DNA of 30,982 nt from a virus. Its lineage: Duplodnaviria; Caudoviricetes. A program made the translations under genes and the position numbers. Below are positions 1 to 8,018 of this stretch, in pieces. Positions within the stretch are counted from its first letter, which is position 1, and the number at the start of each line of letters is the position of its first letter. Location: the IMG/VR virus record IMGVR_UViG_3300032373_001140, positions 1 through 30,982 of that record. One strand, 5' to 3'. The notes under the pieces are model-generated. The model did not search any database, was not told where the DNA came from, and was given only the letters and a program-made list of their open reading frames with translations.

Positions 1-153
1 CCAATCACGCACGAAAATGACGAGTGCTACCTAATCCCTACGCTGGAAGGGACGCACAACATGACGCCTAAAGATATGCTGATTACAGGCGTTCAGGGTG
101 AAATCTACCCCTGCAAGATCGACATTTTCGAGGCCACCTATGACCCGGCCTAA
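1..153 (+). CDS. 5'-truncated conserved phage hypothetical protein
   Basis: Frame 1 reads ...LIPTLEGTHNMTPKDMLITGVQGEIYPCKIDIFEATYDPA*, which fits the common phage motif TLEG..M....D.II.GV.GE.YPCK.DIF..TY; absent from the ORF track. Confidence 0.8.
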   Translation, partial: PITHENDECYLIPTLEGTHNMTPKDMLITGVQGEIYPCKIDIFEATYDPA

Positions 154-580
154 AGTAATCACGCTCTGCGGTTCGTCGCGGTTTTGCGACATCATGGCTG
201 TCGTCGCCTGGATACTGGAGCGAGACGAGGGCGCTATCGCAATGGACCTGCACTTGCTGCCCTGGTGGTATTCGGTAGAGGACATCCCCGATCATCTAGC
301 GGAACACGAGGGTTGCGCCACTGCGATGGATGCCCTGCACCTCCACAAGATCAACCTTTCAAATGGGATATTCGTCATTGATGCAGACGTAGATGGCAAA
401 CCCTACATCGGGTCATCAACGGCAAATGAAATCAGGCATGCGGAAGGGCGGGGCCTGCCGGTGCGGCTGTTCAGCGAAGAAGCCAATATCCGCTTTGAGG
501 TATACGAGCGCATGGCCGCAGCCTGTGAGGCCCATAAGCAATCGTCCCCTACACGAACACCTGAACAGGAGCAAGGCTGA
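140..580 (+). CDS. Phage hypothetical protein, nucleoside 2-deoxyribosyltransferase-like Rossmann fold
   Basis: KVITLCGSSRF N-terminus, HLHKINLSNGIFVI and YIGSSTANEI motifs; ATG at 140 overlaps the end of the previous ORF. Confidence 0.65.
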   Translation: MTRPKVITLCGSSRFCDIMAVVAWILERDEGAIAMDLHLLPWWYSVEDIPDHLAEHEGCATAMDALHLHKINLSNGIFVIDADVDGKPYIGSSTANEIRHAEGRGLPVRLFSEEANIRFEVYERMAAACEAHKQSSPTRTPEQEQG

Positions 581-696
581 TGCAACGTGAATACACCACA
601 TATCTGGTCACTGGCTGGCGCTGGTGTGTCGCCCTCCCGATCTGCGCGATGGTGTTTACTGTTTTTGGCATCGTCATTGGAGTGGTGATGTCATGA
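580..696 (+). CDS. Small hydrophobic protein (38 aa)
   Basis: TGATG coupling upstream and ATGA coupling downstream; MQREYTTYLVTGWRWCVALPICAMVFTVFGIVIGVVMS has one TM-like stretch. Confidence 0.55.
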   Translation: MQREYTTYLVTGWRWCVALPICAMVFTVFGIVIGVVMS

Positions 697-881
697 GAAA
701 AAGTGGATTTTATTGGGCATATGATGACGACGAGCAACCGCAGCCAGTGGAAGTTATCGGCAACGGCAAGGTGTTTGTATTTGGGGTGGCCGAGCCATTT
801 CCAGAGACGCATTTCGTCTGTATTGGAGATCAGATCCCAGAACCGTCCCCTACGCGAGACAGTGAGGAGCCGAGCCCATGA
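693..881 (+). CDS. Hypothetical protein (62 aa)
   Basis: MRKSGFYWAY start, ATGA overlaps at both ends. Confidence 0.65.
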   Translation: MRKSGFYWAYDDDEQPQPVEVIGNGKVFVFGVAEPFPETHFVCIGDQIPEPSPTRDSEEPSP

Positions 882-1222
882 CTTGGCGCTATCAACCTGT
901 TTGGACCGAACAAAACGGTGAGCGGTATTTCTCGCTTTGCGAGGTCTATTTTGATGATGATTCAAAGCTCAGAGCCTGGACTGAGAATAATCTGGTAGCT
1001 GCGGGCGGCGAAAGTCAGGACGAACTGAGGCGCGACCTTGTGAATATGCTGGTTGATTCCTACCGCTGGCATCCTGTCGAGTTTTTAAAGCTGGAAATTG
1101 GCATGACTTTCGAGCGGGCGGTTTCACCCGAACAATTTGAATCTTTGGCGCAATTGGTAGAGGCGATGGCGCACAACATGGGATCAGCCTCGTCCGTTTG
1201 TGAAGGGAAAGACGATGACTGA
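878..1222 (+). CDS. Phage hypothetical protein
   Basis: RBS GAGGAG upstream; MTWRY...EVYFDDD...WTE pattern common in phage early genes. Confidence 0.75.
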   Translation: MTWRYQPVWTEQNGERYFSLCEVYFDDDSKLRAWTENNLVAAGGESQDELRRDLVNMLVDSYRWHPVEFLKLEIGMTFERAVSPEQFESLAQLVEAMAHNMGSASSVCEGKDDD

Positions 1223-1451
1223 TCAACCCACGCAAGATCGGGCAGAAATGATTGCCCGTCTACAAGCCGAATATGACGGCATCAAGGCTGGGTTGCCTGA
1301 CTTGTTGACAGCACAACACGCTGCACAAATGTCTGTCGATACAATATCTCGGCTGCTCAAAGGGCGGAACGAACGGGGCAACGAGTTGGTGAAAATTCTC
1401 CAAAAACTTAGGTCCCTCGAAGAAACAGCAAGTGAGACGGACACAGAATGA
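1215..1451 (+). CDS. Hypothetical coiled-coil protein
   Basis: Overlaps the previous gene, helical composition. Confidence 0.6.
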   Translation: MTDQPTQDRAEMIARLQAEYDGIKAGLPDLLTAQHAAQMSVDTISRLLKGRNERGNELVKILQKLRSLEETASETDTE

Positions 1452-1637
1452 GACGCCAGCCGAGGGCAGATACCATTTTGAACGCGGAACGACAAAACCG
1501 CAAAAAGCTAAGTTATTGGAATTATTATGAACGTTTCTAATGTCCGCAATTCGTCCGAAACTCATTCGGGGTTTCGCACCGTGATGAGACGAGACATTTC
1601 TGGTACACTCTCTCCCTTCAAAATTAGGGAGAATGCC

Positions 1638-2309
1638 ATGCTTATCGGATATGCCAGGGTCTCAACATATGACCAGAAACTTGATTTACAGGTAGATGCG
1701 CTGATTAAAGCCGGATGTGAGCCGCAGTGGATTCACAAAGAATTTGTGTCGGGCGTAAAGGCCAATCGCGAAGAGTTGGGGCATTGCCTCAAGTCACTCC
1801 GACAGGGTGATGTCTTGGTGGTCTGGAAGCTGGATCGCTTGGGTCGGTCGCTGAAAGAGTTAATCAAGATCATCGAGTTTCTGGAGGAACACGCCATCGG
1901 ATTCCGCAGTTTGACGGAAAGCATTGATACCACATCGTCATACGGGAAGCTGTTTTTTCATATCTTCGGGGCCTTCGCACAGTTCGAGCGCGACCTGATT
2001 TCAGAGCGCACAAAAGCCGGTCTGGAAGCCGCCAGGAAACAAGGCAGACGCGGCGGTCGCAAACCGAAACTGACGGACGAGAAGGCCAAGAAAGCGAAAC
2101 TGGTTCTTGAGAATGACCCGTCGCTTTTACATGAGGAAGTCGCCCGAATGTTCGGTGTCAGTAGGGCCACACTGTATCGCTCATGGGAACGGATCGACGC
2201 CAAGGAAGAAGCGGCGAAGGCCGAATACGACAAGCCGGAAGACCCGGTGGATGAGGAAGCGCTGCGGATACGGTTGCAGCATGAGAAAATTATGAAAGAC
2301 GAAATCTAA
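1638..2309 (+). CDS. Serine recombinase (resolvase/invertase family) with C-terminal HTH
   Basis: MLIGYARVST (catalytic Ser), VVWKLDRLGRS, FERDLISERTKAGLEAAR..GR.GGR, HTH VARMFGVSRATLYR; RBS GGGAGA. Confidence 0.95.
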   Translation: MLIGYARVSTYDQKLDLQVDALIKAGCEPQWIHKEFVSGVKANREELGHCLKSLRQGDVLVVWKLDRLGRSLKELIKIIEFLEEHAIGFRSLTESIDTTSSYGKLFFHIFGAFAQFERDLISERTKAGLEAARKQGRRGGRKPKLTDEKAKKAKLVLENDPSLLHEEVARMFGVSRATLYRSWERIDAKEEAAKAEYDKPEDPVDEEALRIRLQHEKIMKDEI

Positions 2310-2324
2310 TCAGGAGTCTTAACA

Positions 2325-2783
2325 ATGGAATACGTATACCAATTATTCGTAGCGTTGATAACAGCGTTCACAGCCTCCGTGATCACCCTTCATTTTGCCC
2401 GCAAGCGGTTTGTGTCGGAGAGGTTATGGGAAAAACGGGCCGAGGCTTACGGCGCGATTTTGGAGGCGCTACATAATATGAAGCGGTATCCAAACCATAT
2501 TTTGGACACTTACACAAAGGGGGCCGATATTCCTGACGTCCAAAAGAAGAAGCTTGAGGAGGGGTACTTTGAGGGTAAGCACGAATTAAACCGTCGAGTC
2601 GCAGTTGAACAATTTTTCTTCTCCGACGACCTGTTAACGGAAATATCCACCCTCAACGAGGGCATCGCCCGCGCCGTCAAGAATGATGATGGATATTCAG
2701 CCGTTGATGATTCGTGGGACGCTATCAATGCTGCACAGGAAAATATCCGGGCGATAGCCAAAACCCATCTTGCGGTTCGATAA
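2325..2783 (+). CDS. Hypothetical protein with N-terminal membrane anchor
   Basis: RBS AGGAG; hydrophobic N-terminus followed by a helical domain. Confidence 0.75.
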   Translation: MEYVYQLFVALITAFTASVITLHFARKRFVSERLWEKRAEAYGAILEALHNMKRYPNHILDTYTKGADIPDVQKKKLEEGYFEGKHELNRRVAVEQFFFSDDLLTEISTLNEGIARAVKNDDGYSAVDDSWDAINAAQENIRAIAKTHLAVR

Positions 2784-2807
2784 CGAGGATTTGAAAGGAG
2801 AAAAGAG

Positions 2808-3065
2808 ATCAGCGTTTTATCAGAAGTGGCGTCTGAACGCCAACGGCAAGATGAAAAATGGGGCGGCCCTAGTCACGATGACAAGCACAGCTCAAAAGAT
2901 TTTATCCGGTGGATAAAAAATTATGCGTCTTGGTCTGACCAAATGGCTGATGGGCTTGCGTGGGCAAAATCTCGACGGCGACTTATTCAAGTTGCTGCGT
3001 TGGCAATTGCCGCCGTTGAGCGCATTGACCGAAACACCGACGGCCAAGATCGGCCAACTCAATAA
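2808..3065 (+). CDS. MazG-like helical phage protein (start uncertain: ATC 2808 or GTG 2826)
   Basis: EVASERQRQDEKWG and LIQVAALAIAAVE motifs; RBS AAGGAG at 2795-2800. Confidence 0.6.
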   Translation: MSVLSEVASERQRQDEKWGGPSHDDKHSSKDFIRWIKNYASWSDQMADGLAWAKSRRRLIQVAALAIAAVERIDRNTDGQDRPTQ

Positions 3066-3081
3066 CCAGGGAAACTTACAC

Positions 3082-3453
3082 ATGAACCGACAATCACAAA
3101 TTCTCGCGTGGGCAACCAGCACATTCGGTCCAGTCGCTGAACACGTTGATGAACGTGCCGCGCGTGTAGTGGAAGAAGCAATCGAGCTTGGGCAATCTGT
3201 TGGGCTTCCAAAGGAGGTCGTTCACCGGATACTTGACCGAGTTTATTCAAGACCACCTGGAGAACTTGGACGAGAGATCGGCGGCACCGGCATGACGCTT
3301 GAAGCATTCGCGGAAGTGGCTGGTTATGACGTTGACGATTCAATCAATCGTGAATTTGTTCGAGTATTGAAGGTCGATAAGGCGACGTTTGAAAAGAAAC
3401 ATGCTGACAAGGTAAGGGCCGGGACTGCCGACCTGACCGCTGTCGCGCAATAG
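3082..3453 (+). CDS. MazG/dUTPase-like all-alpha NTP pyrophosphohydrolase-like protein
   Basis: W...TFG, ERAARVVEEAIEL (EExxE) and EIGG..MTL motifs. Confidence 0.6.
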   Translation: MNRQSQILAWATSTFGPVAEHVDERAARVVEEAIELGQSVGLPKEVVHRILDRVYSRPPGELGREIGGTGMTLEAFAEVAGYDVDDSINREFVRVLKVDKATFEKKHADKVRAGTADLTAVAQ

Positions 3454-3466
3454 AGGGATTTTATTG

Positions 3467-3712
3467 ATGAATTTAACGCCACTTAGAAAAAGAGCGCTTT
3501 CACTACTCGATCAGCGAGGCGAGATGCCCGGCCAACAATTCGCATACGAATTGCTCGATAAAGCATGGAAGAACCCGCAAGGCGCACAGAGATGGGCGGG
3601 TGGGTATTTGCACCCACTTGTTGAGGCCGGGTTTCTTCGCAAGAGGTATGACGGCTGGCGGAATTGTTACAGCGTGACGAAAGAAGGGCGCGAAGCCTTA
3701 CGTACTATTTAG
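3467..3712 (+). CDS. Small winged-helix DNA-binding-like protein
   Basis: LVEAGFL...YSVTKEGREAL wing signature. Confidence 0.6.
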   Translation: MNLTPLRKRALSLLDQRGEMPGQQFAYELLDKAWKNPQGAQRWAGGYLHPLVEAGFLRKRYDGWRNCYSVTKEGREALRTI

Positions 3713-3729
3713 AGCGAAAGGGATACACG

Positions 3730-3843
3730 ATGGAAAAATTTGTTTACCTGCTCAGCAAAGGGCTTGCGGAGGGCCTTGGACTAGGAGGGGTTCTATTTCT
3801 CCTAACTTGGCTTACTGACTTTGAAGTAATTGTGCGATTTTGA
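3730..3843 (+). CDS. Small membrane peptide (37 aa)
   Basis: MEKFVYLLSKGLAEGLGLGGVLFLLTWLTDFEVIVRF; fills the gap between neighbours and has an AAGGGA RBS. Confidence 0.45.
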   Translation: MEKFVYLLSKGLAEGLGLGGVLFLLTWLTDFEVIVRF

Positions 3844-3854
3844 GGGAAAACGAA

Positions 3855-4067
3855 ATGAACGATACAGCATTTGAAGGCAGTACTTTGGTAAAGGTGTTAG
3901 GAGAGGCAATGATTGCTGCACTCCACGAACACGCAGCAACAACCCCAACCATATCACACGCCGAGATGGCCGCGACCCTCGCGTATGTCATCGATGCAGC
4001 TTCGAACACTATGACTGACCCTGATCGGGTTAAAGAAATTATCACGCAATTGATAGCCGCACAGTAA
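3855..4067 (+). CDS. Hypothetical protein
   Basis: RBS GAGGG, ATG at 3855. Confidence 0.6.
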   Translation: MNDTAFEGSTLVKVLGEAMIAALHEHAATTPTISHAEMAATLAYVIDAASNTMTDPDRVKEIITQLIAAQ

Positions 4068-4120
4068 GGAGGGAATGTTTTTATGAGCGAACTACTGAAC
4101 GACCGAGGTAAGGGCGAACT

Positions 4121-4285
4121 ATGGATTTGTTTGAAGACGCAGTAAAGCTGCACCCGCTCCCGAAGGAGTGCCTTTGCCCAGAATGTCTCGACGTGATGGA
4201 TTTGCGTTCAGATAAAGACGGTCATTTTTATAGATGCTGGGGAACAGACCGAAATGGATGCGCGATTTTGCGTGTCCCCGAATAG
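4121..4285 (+). CDS. Small zinc-ribbon protein (54 aa)
   Basis: MDLFEDAV...CPEC..VMDLRSDKDGHFYRC......GC, similar to a topoisomerase-type C4 zinc ribbon. Confidence 0.55.
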   Translation: MDLFEDAVKLHPLPKECLCPECLDVMDLRSDKDGHFYRCWGTDRNGCAILRVPE

Positions 4286-4297
4286 AGGCTGAACGAG

Positions 4298-4471
4298 ATG
4301 GACAAAGAAATTCCTGTTTTTGGTGTTCTTGATTATGCGGGGGAAAAAACAATCTGGCTCCGCTCAAGAGAAGAAGCATTAAAAATCACGGCAGCGCGTC
4401 GGGTGATCAACATCCGAGAGGCACGTATGCCCGAAGACGTTTTGGACAGCTTGCCCGAATGGGACGGCTGA
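4298..4471 (+). CDS. Hypothetical protein (57 aa)
   Basis: MDKEIPVF...MPEDVLDSLPEWDG; GAGG upstream. Confidence 0.55.
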   Translation: MDKEIPVFGVLDYAGEKTIWLRSREEALKITAARRVINIREARMPEDVLDSLPEWDG

Positions 4472-4501
4472 AACAAAGGAGCGTTAACAACGGATTTTGA
4501 C

Positions 4502-5497
4502 ATGGACGCCATAACCACACTTTCCCGCGCCGATTGGGCGAAGCGGATTTCGGATGATTACGATGAGGCGCGTGAGCGGTTTTTCGGGATTGGCGATAAT
4601 CTGGTGGCCGCCAAGGAGGCGCTTGCGCATGGCGAATTTCAGCTGATGGTCGATGCCGAGCTGCCGTTCAGTAGATCAACGGCGCAGCGGTTTATGGCGA
4701 TTGCACAGGATGGGCGCTTGCGAAATGCCGCGCATGCGACGCTTTTGCCCGCCGATTATACGGTGTTGGCATCGTTGGCGGGGTTTGATGATAAGACGTT
4801 CGAGAAGGCGCTCCAGGATGGCGTGATCAGGCCCGATCTGACCCGCGCCGATCTGACCCGGTTCAAATCCAATCAGTACGTGGCGGCGAATACGGCGCTT
4901 TCGGATGGCTGCCGGGTTGAGGATCTGGAGGGGTTGGTGGCCGACGGCAAGCGCTATGGGGTGATATCGGCGGACATGCCGTGGGAATTTGAGTCCTGGT
5001 CTGACAAGGGCAAATCCCGCAACCCGGACCAGCAGTACGGGACATTGACGCTGGAGGAAATTAGGGCGCTGCCGGTGGCTGATCTGGCGGCGGAAAACTG
5101 TGTTTTGCTGTTGTGGGTGGTCGGCTGGATTGCGCCCGCCGACATTCAGGCGGTCGGTGAGGCTTATGGTTTTACCTACTCGTCACGGGCCTATGACTGG
5201 GTCAAGACGACGAAGGACGGCGACGGGTTTCCGATCAGCGGCGGGGCGTGGACGCGGGGCGGCGCGGAAGATGTATGGCTGTTCACCAAGGGCGCCCCGG
5301 CGCGCCGATCGAAGGGCGAGCGCCAGGTGATCTGGTGGCCGCGCGGTGAGCATTCGGAGAAACCCGGGACGTTTTACGAGTCGGCGCGCAGGCTGGCGGA
5401 CGGTCCCTATTTGGCGCTGTTCGAGCGCCAGATCAGGCCGGGCTGGACGTGTTTTGGTAATGAGATTTCACGGCAAGATATGGAGGCGGGGTTATGA
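4502..5497 (+). CDS. MT-A70 family N6-adenine methyltransferase with N-terminal DUF3102-like domain
   Basis: N-terminal IGDNLVAAK..L.HGEF...FSRSTAQRFM; C-terminal YGVISADMPW, LPVADLAAENCVLLLW, WVKT, HSEKP, RPGW..FGNE. Confidence 0.85.
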   Translation: MDAITTLSRADWAKRISDDYDEARERFFGIGDNLVAAKEALAHGEFQLMVDAELPFSRSTAQRFMAIAQDGRLRNAAHATLLPADYTVLASLAGFDDKTFEKALQDGVIRPDLTRADLTRFKSNQYVAANTALSDGCRVEDLEGLVADGKRYGVISADMPWEFESWSDKGKSRNPDQQYGTLTLEEIRALPVADLAAENCVLLLWVVGWIAPADIQAVGEAYGFTYSSRAYDWVKTTKDGDGFPISGGAWTRGGAEDVWLFTKGAPARRSKGERQVIWWPRGEHSEKPGTFYESARRLADGPYLALFERQIRPGWTCFGNEISRQDMEAGL

Positions 5498-6300
5498 GTT
5501 TCAAACTTGGTGGCATAATTATCGAGGATCTGAACCGGAATTTATCCGCCCATGAAAAGCTGATTCTGGCCTGTTATGGCAGCTTTGCGCTGCATGACGG
5601 GACCAGTATTCGATGCGCGCAATCGACCATTGCCGGGATGGCAATGTGTTCGGATCGAGCAGTCAGACAGGCCCTGAAAAAGTTCCAAGATGACGGTGTG
5701 ATGTTGCCGGATGATACCGCCAAAACGAGAGGCCGGACGAGCCGATTGAAGATTGTCGTAGAGCAAATGGTTGCCAAATATGGACCGGAACAACCCCAGC
5801 CGACCCCGGAATCTCATTCCGGTTCCGGGGATGCTAATGCGGAACCTGATTCCTATTGTAAAAATGTCACAGCGGAATCTCAGTCCACGAATGCGGAATC
5901 TCAGTCCACAAAAGCGGAACGAGATTCCGGGAATCCAGGGAATCCAGGTATGAATCCTTCGCGAGCGCGAGGCGACGACGCGGGGGGCGGTGACCCGAGG
6001 CCACCCCCCGCTTGTGCCCATTGGAACGAAAACCTTGAAGACGTGATCGAGACTTGTGGCGAAAGTTCGCGGACCTATTTCGACAAGGCGATTGTGCTGA
6101 AGGATGATCTGGCTGTCATCACGCTGGCCGTGCCGTCGAAGTTTTACCGGGAAATCATCCTCGGCATGCGGGGCGAGATCGAAAGGGTTCTCGGGCGCAG
6201 GCTTGAGATTGTCGTCAAGACGCTGCAGCAGCTGAATACCGACAAGCGCCGGGCGCTACAGGAACGTGAAGCCGAAGCGGGGAGAGCAGCGCATGGGTGA
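5494..6300 (+). CDS. Phage replication initiator (N-terminal HTH, low-complexity linker, C-terminal DnaA-N-like domain)
   Basis: LSAHEKLIL...SQSTIAGMAMCSDRAVRQALK HTH; ITLAVPSKFYREII C-terminal motif; internal iterons. Confidence 0.75.
   Translation: MSFKLGGIIIEDLNRNLSAHEKLILACYGSFALHDGTSIRCAQSTIAGMAMCSDRAVRQALKKFQDDGVMLPDDTAKTRGRTSRLKIVVEQMVAKYGPEQPQPTPESHSGSGDANAEPDSYCKNVTAESQSTNAESQSTKAERDSGNPGNPGMNPSRARGDDAGGGDPRPPPACAHWNENLEDVIETCGESSRTYFDKAIVLKDDLAVITLAVPSKFYREIILGMRGEIERVLGRRLEIVVKTLQQLNTDKRRALQEREAEAGRAAHG
5806..5928. repeat. Five 15-bp iteron-like repeats, putative replication origin
   Basis: CCGGAATCTCATTCC 5806, GCGGAACCTGATTCC 5839, GCGGAATCTCAGTCC 5872, GCGGAATCTCAGTCC 5893, GCGGAACGAGATTCC 5914. 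Confidence 0.8.
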
Positions 6301-6853
6301 CAGTTCGATCAGTCTGATCCTGCGCCGGGTGATTGTTGAGGGCAATGAGTTCGGTGACAGCCGACGGGCTTATCCGGCGGGCGAGCCGCTGGTCGGGGTT
6401 GAGTGGCGTGATCTGATGGTGGTGGAACTGGGTGGTGATGATCGACGGGCGGCGGCAATGGTGCGCGAACGGTTGATCGAGATGGGGCAGACATTGAAGC
6501 GGACGGCGCGTCCGAAAGAACTGCAGGACCTGGCGGGCGCGATTGGCGGCTGGCCGTCGATTCGCCATGATTTGAACGATCAGGGCAGTTGGGAGACCAA
6601 ATTAAGGCCCGTTCACCCGACCTCGAAAGAAATTTCTCAGATGGTTGAAGTGCTCGGCTGGCTGCTGTGGCTGGGGCCAGCGGAACGGGGTGTGGTTTTC
6701 GCGCAAGCCCTTGATATATCGTTTGAAAAGTATGCGCGGCTGGATACGCGGCGGCGGTCAAAGACATCGATTATCAGGGCGTTCAATCGGGGGATTGGCG
6801 AGATTGTAGCGACACTAAGAAAAAAAAGGGTGGACCGTCTGGACCGAAATTGA
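6293..6853 (+). CDS. DUF6362-like helical protein, putative late-gene transcription regulator
   Basis: PTSKEISQMVEVLGWLLWL...ERGVVFAQA plus C-terminal HTH-like segment; last gene before the packaging module. Confidence 0.55.
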   Translation: MGDSSISLILRRVIVEGNEFGDSRRAYPAGEPLVGVEWRDLMVVELGGDDRRAAAMVRERLIEMGQTLKRTARPKELQDLAGAIGGWPSIRHDLNDQGSWETKLRPVHPTSKEISQMVEVLGWLLWLGPAERGVVFAQALDISFEKYARLDTRRRSKTSIIRAFNRGIGEIVATLRKKRVDRLDRN

Positions 6854-6888
6854 GTAGTTTTCTTGTCATCGTTGAACGACTCTGTTTC

Positions 6889-6921
6889 ACCCGCCCCCGG
6901 ACATCCGGCGGCGGGTTTTTT
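6889..6921 (+). terminator. Rho-independent terminator at the early/late boundary
   Basis: ACCCGCCCCCGG-ACAT-CCGGCGGCGGGT stem followed by a T tract. Confidence 0.75.
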
Positions 6922-6986
6922 GATGCACTGGAGGAAACCGATGCAGCCAGCCGGGTAACGCCCGGCACTGGTTGCAGAAGGCAGCC

Positions 6987-7367
6987 ATGCCCTTCGCCCC
7001 GAAGAAACCGTGCAATCATCCGGGCTGTGGACAGCTGACGGAGGGGCGGCATTGCGAGCGGCATGTCGAGACGGCGAAGGAAGATCAGCGCCAGAAGGAA
7101 CGGGACCGGGGCAGTGCTTCGGCGCGAGGATACGATCGCCGGTGGCAGAAGTATCGTGCCGCATTCCTGAACGCACATCCGTTGTGCAGGAAGTGTGAAG
7201 CGGAAGACAGAGTCGAGGCGGCGACGGTGGTTGATCATATCAAGCCACATCGTGGAGATCAGAAACTGTTCTGGGACCCGGACAACCATCAGGCTTTATG
7301 CGAGCCACACCACAACACTAAAACTGCAACGGAAGACGGCGGCTTCGGCCATCGGCGCAAGGGGTAG
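6987..7367 (+). CDS. Phage packaging-associated HNH endonuclease (HK97 gp74-like)
   Basis: PCNHPGC, RGSASARGYDRRW, CRKC, VVDHIKPHRGD, NHQALC..HHNTKT. Confidence 0.93.
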   Translation: MPFAPKKPCNHPGCGQLTEGRHCERHVETAKEDQRQKERDRGSASARGYDRRWQKYRAAFLNAHPLCRKCEAEDRVEAATVVDHIKPHRGDQKLFWDPDNHQALCEPHHNTKTATEDGGFGHRRKG

Positions 7368-7445
7368 GGGGGTCAAATCCCCACAACCTCAGCAATCTGT
7401 AGACCGTTGCCCAGTGTTTTGTGCGTTACCGCGAAATGAAAAAGT
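7362..7445. other. Putative cos/packaging-initiation region
   Basis: Intergenic DNA between HNH and TerS with GGGGGGTCAAATCC...GACCG...CGCGAAAT, the usual position and pattern in cos-type HK97-like phages; exact cut site not determined. Confidence 0.45.
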
Positions 7446-7478
7446 TTTTTTCTCATTGAGAATTGGAAGGATTATCTG

Positions 7479-8018
7479 ATGGTTGGGCGTAGGCCGAAAC
7501 CGACAGCGGCGAAAGTGCTGGCCGGGAATCCTGGTAAACGCAAGCTGTCGACATCCGAACCGAGCCCCGCCCGCTCCGGCGCACCGAAAGCGCCAGGCTG
7601 GGTCGGCTATTTCGGCGGAATATTGTGGGAGCATCTGGCGAAGGACCTCGACCAGCTAGGGTTGCTGACCAACATCGACCTGACGATGTTCAGTGTTTTA
7701 TGCGAGCGTTATGACGCATACCGAAATGCCCTGAAGATTATTCGCAAAGATGGGCGGACCTACAAAGCCAACGGCATGATCAAGAAACGCCCCGAAGTCG
7801 ATATGGCCAAGGAGGCGCTGAAGGAACTCAGGTTGATTGCAGCGGAGTTCGGTATGAGTCCGGCGGCGCGCGCCCGCGTGGCTGCGGCGCTTGAGCACCC
7901 GCAACTGCCGGGTACTGAAGGATGGACCGACGCGGGCGACCCATCCAAGCAGGAAATACCAGCACTTCCTGGAGAGACGTTGAGCGAAGATGAATACTTC
8001 GGCAGCACCCGTCACTAA
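7479..8018 (+). CDS. terS: Terminase small subunit, P27 family
   Basis: GRRPKPT..K.L.GNPGKR, EFGMSPAARAR. Confidence 0.92.
   Translation: MVGRRPKPTAAKVLAGNPGKRKLSTSEPSPARSGAPKAPGWVGYFGGILWEHLAKDLDQLGLLTNIDLTMFSVLCERYDAYRNALKIIRKDGRTYKANGMIKKRPEVDMAKEALKELRLIAAEFGMSPAARARVAAALEHPQLPGTEGWTDAGDPSKQEIPALPGETLSEDEYFGSTRH

Noticed and set aside
1527-1637. Longer N-terminus for the resolvase
   Set aside because: The family starts at MLIGYARVS, and ATG 1638 has an RBS
4833-4860. Tandem repeat CCGATCTGACCCG twice in the methyltransferase gene
   Set aside because: Two copies only, a short in-frame duplication (DLTRADLTR) with no sign of function
5806-5928. Possible mini-CRISPR array
   Set aside because: Repeats are 15 bp, degenerate, have 6-18 bp gaps, lie in a coding frame and have no cas genes nearby; iterons fit better
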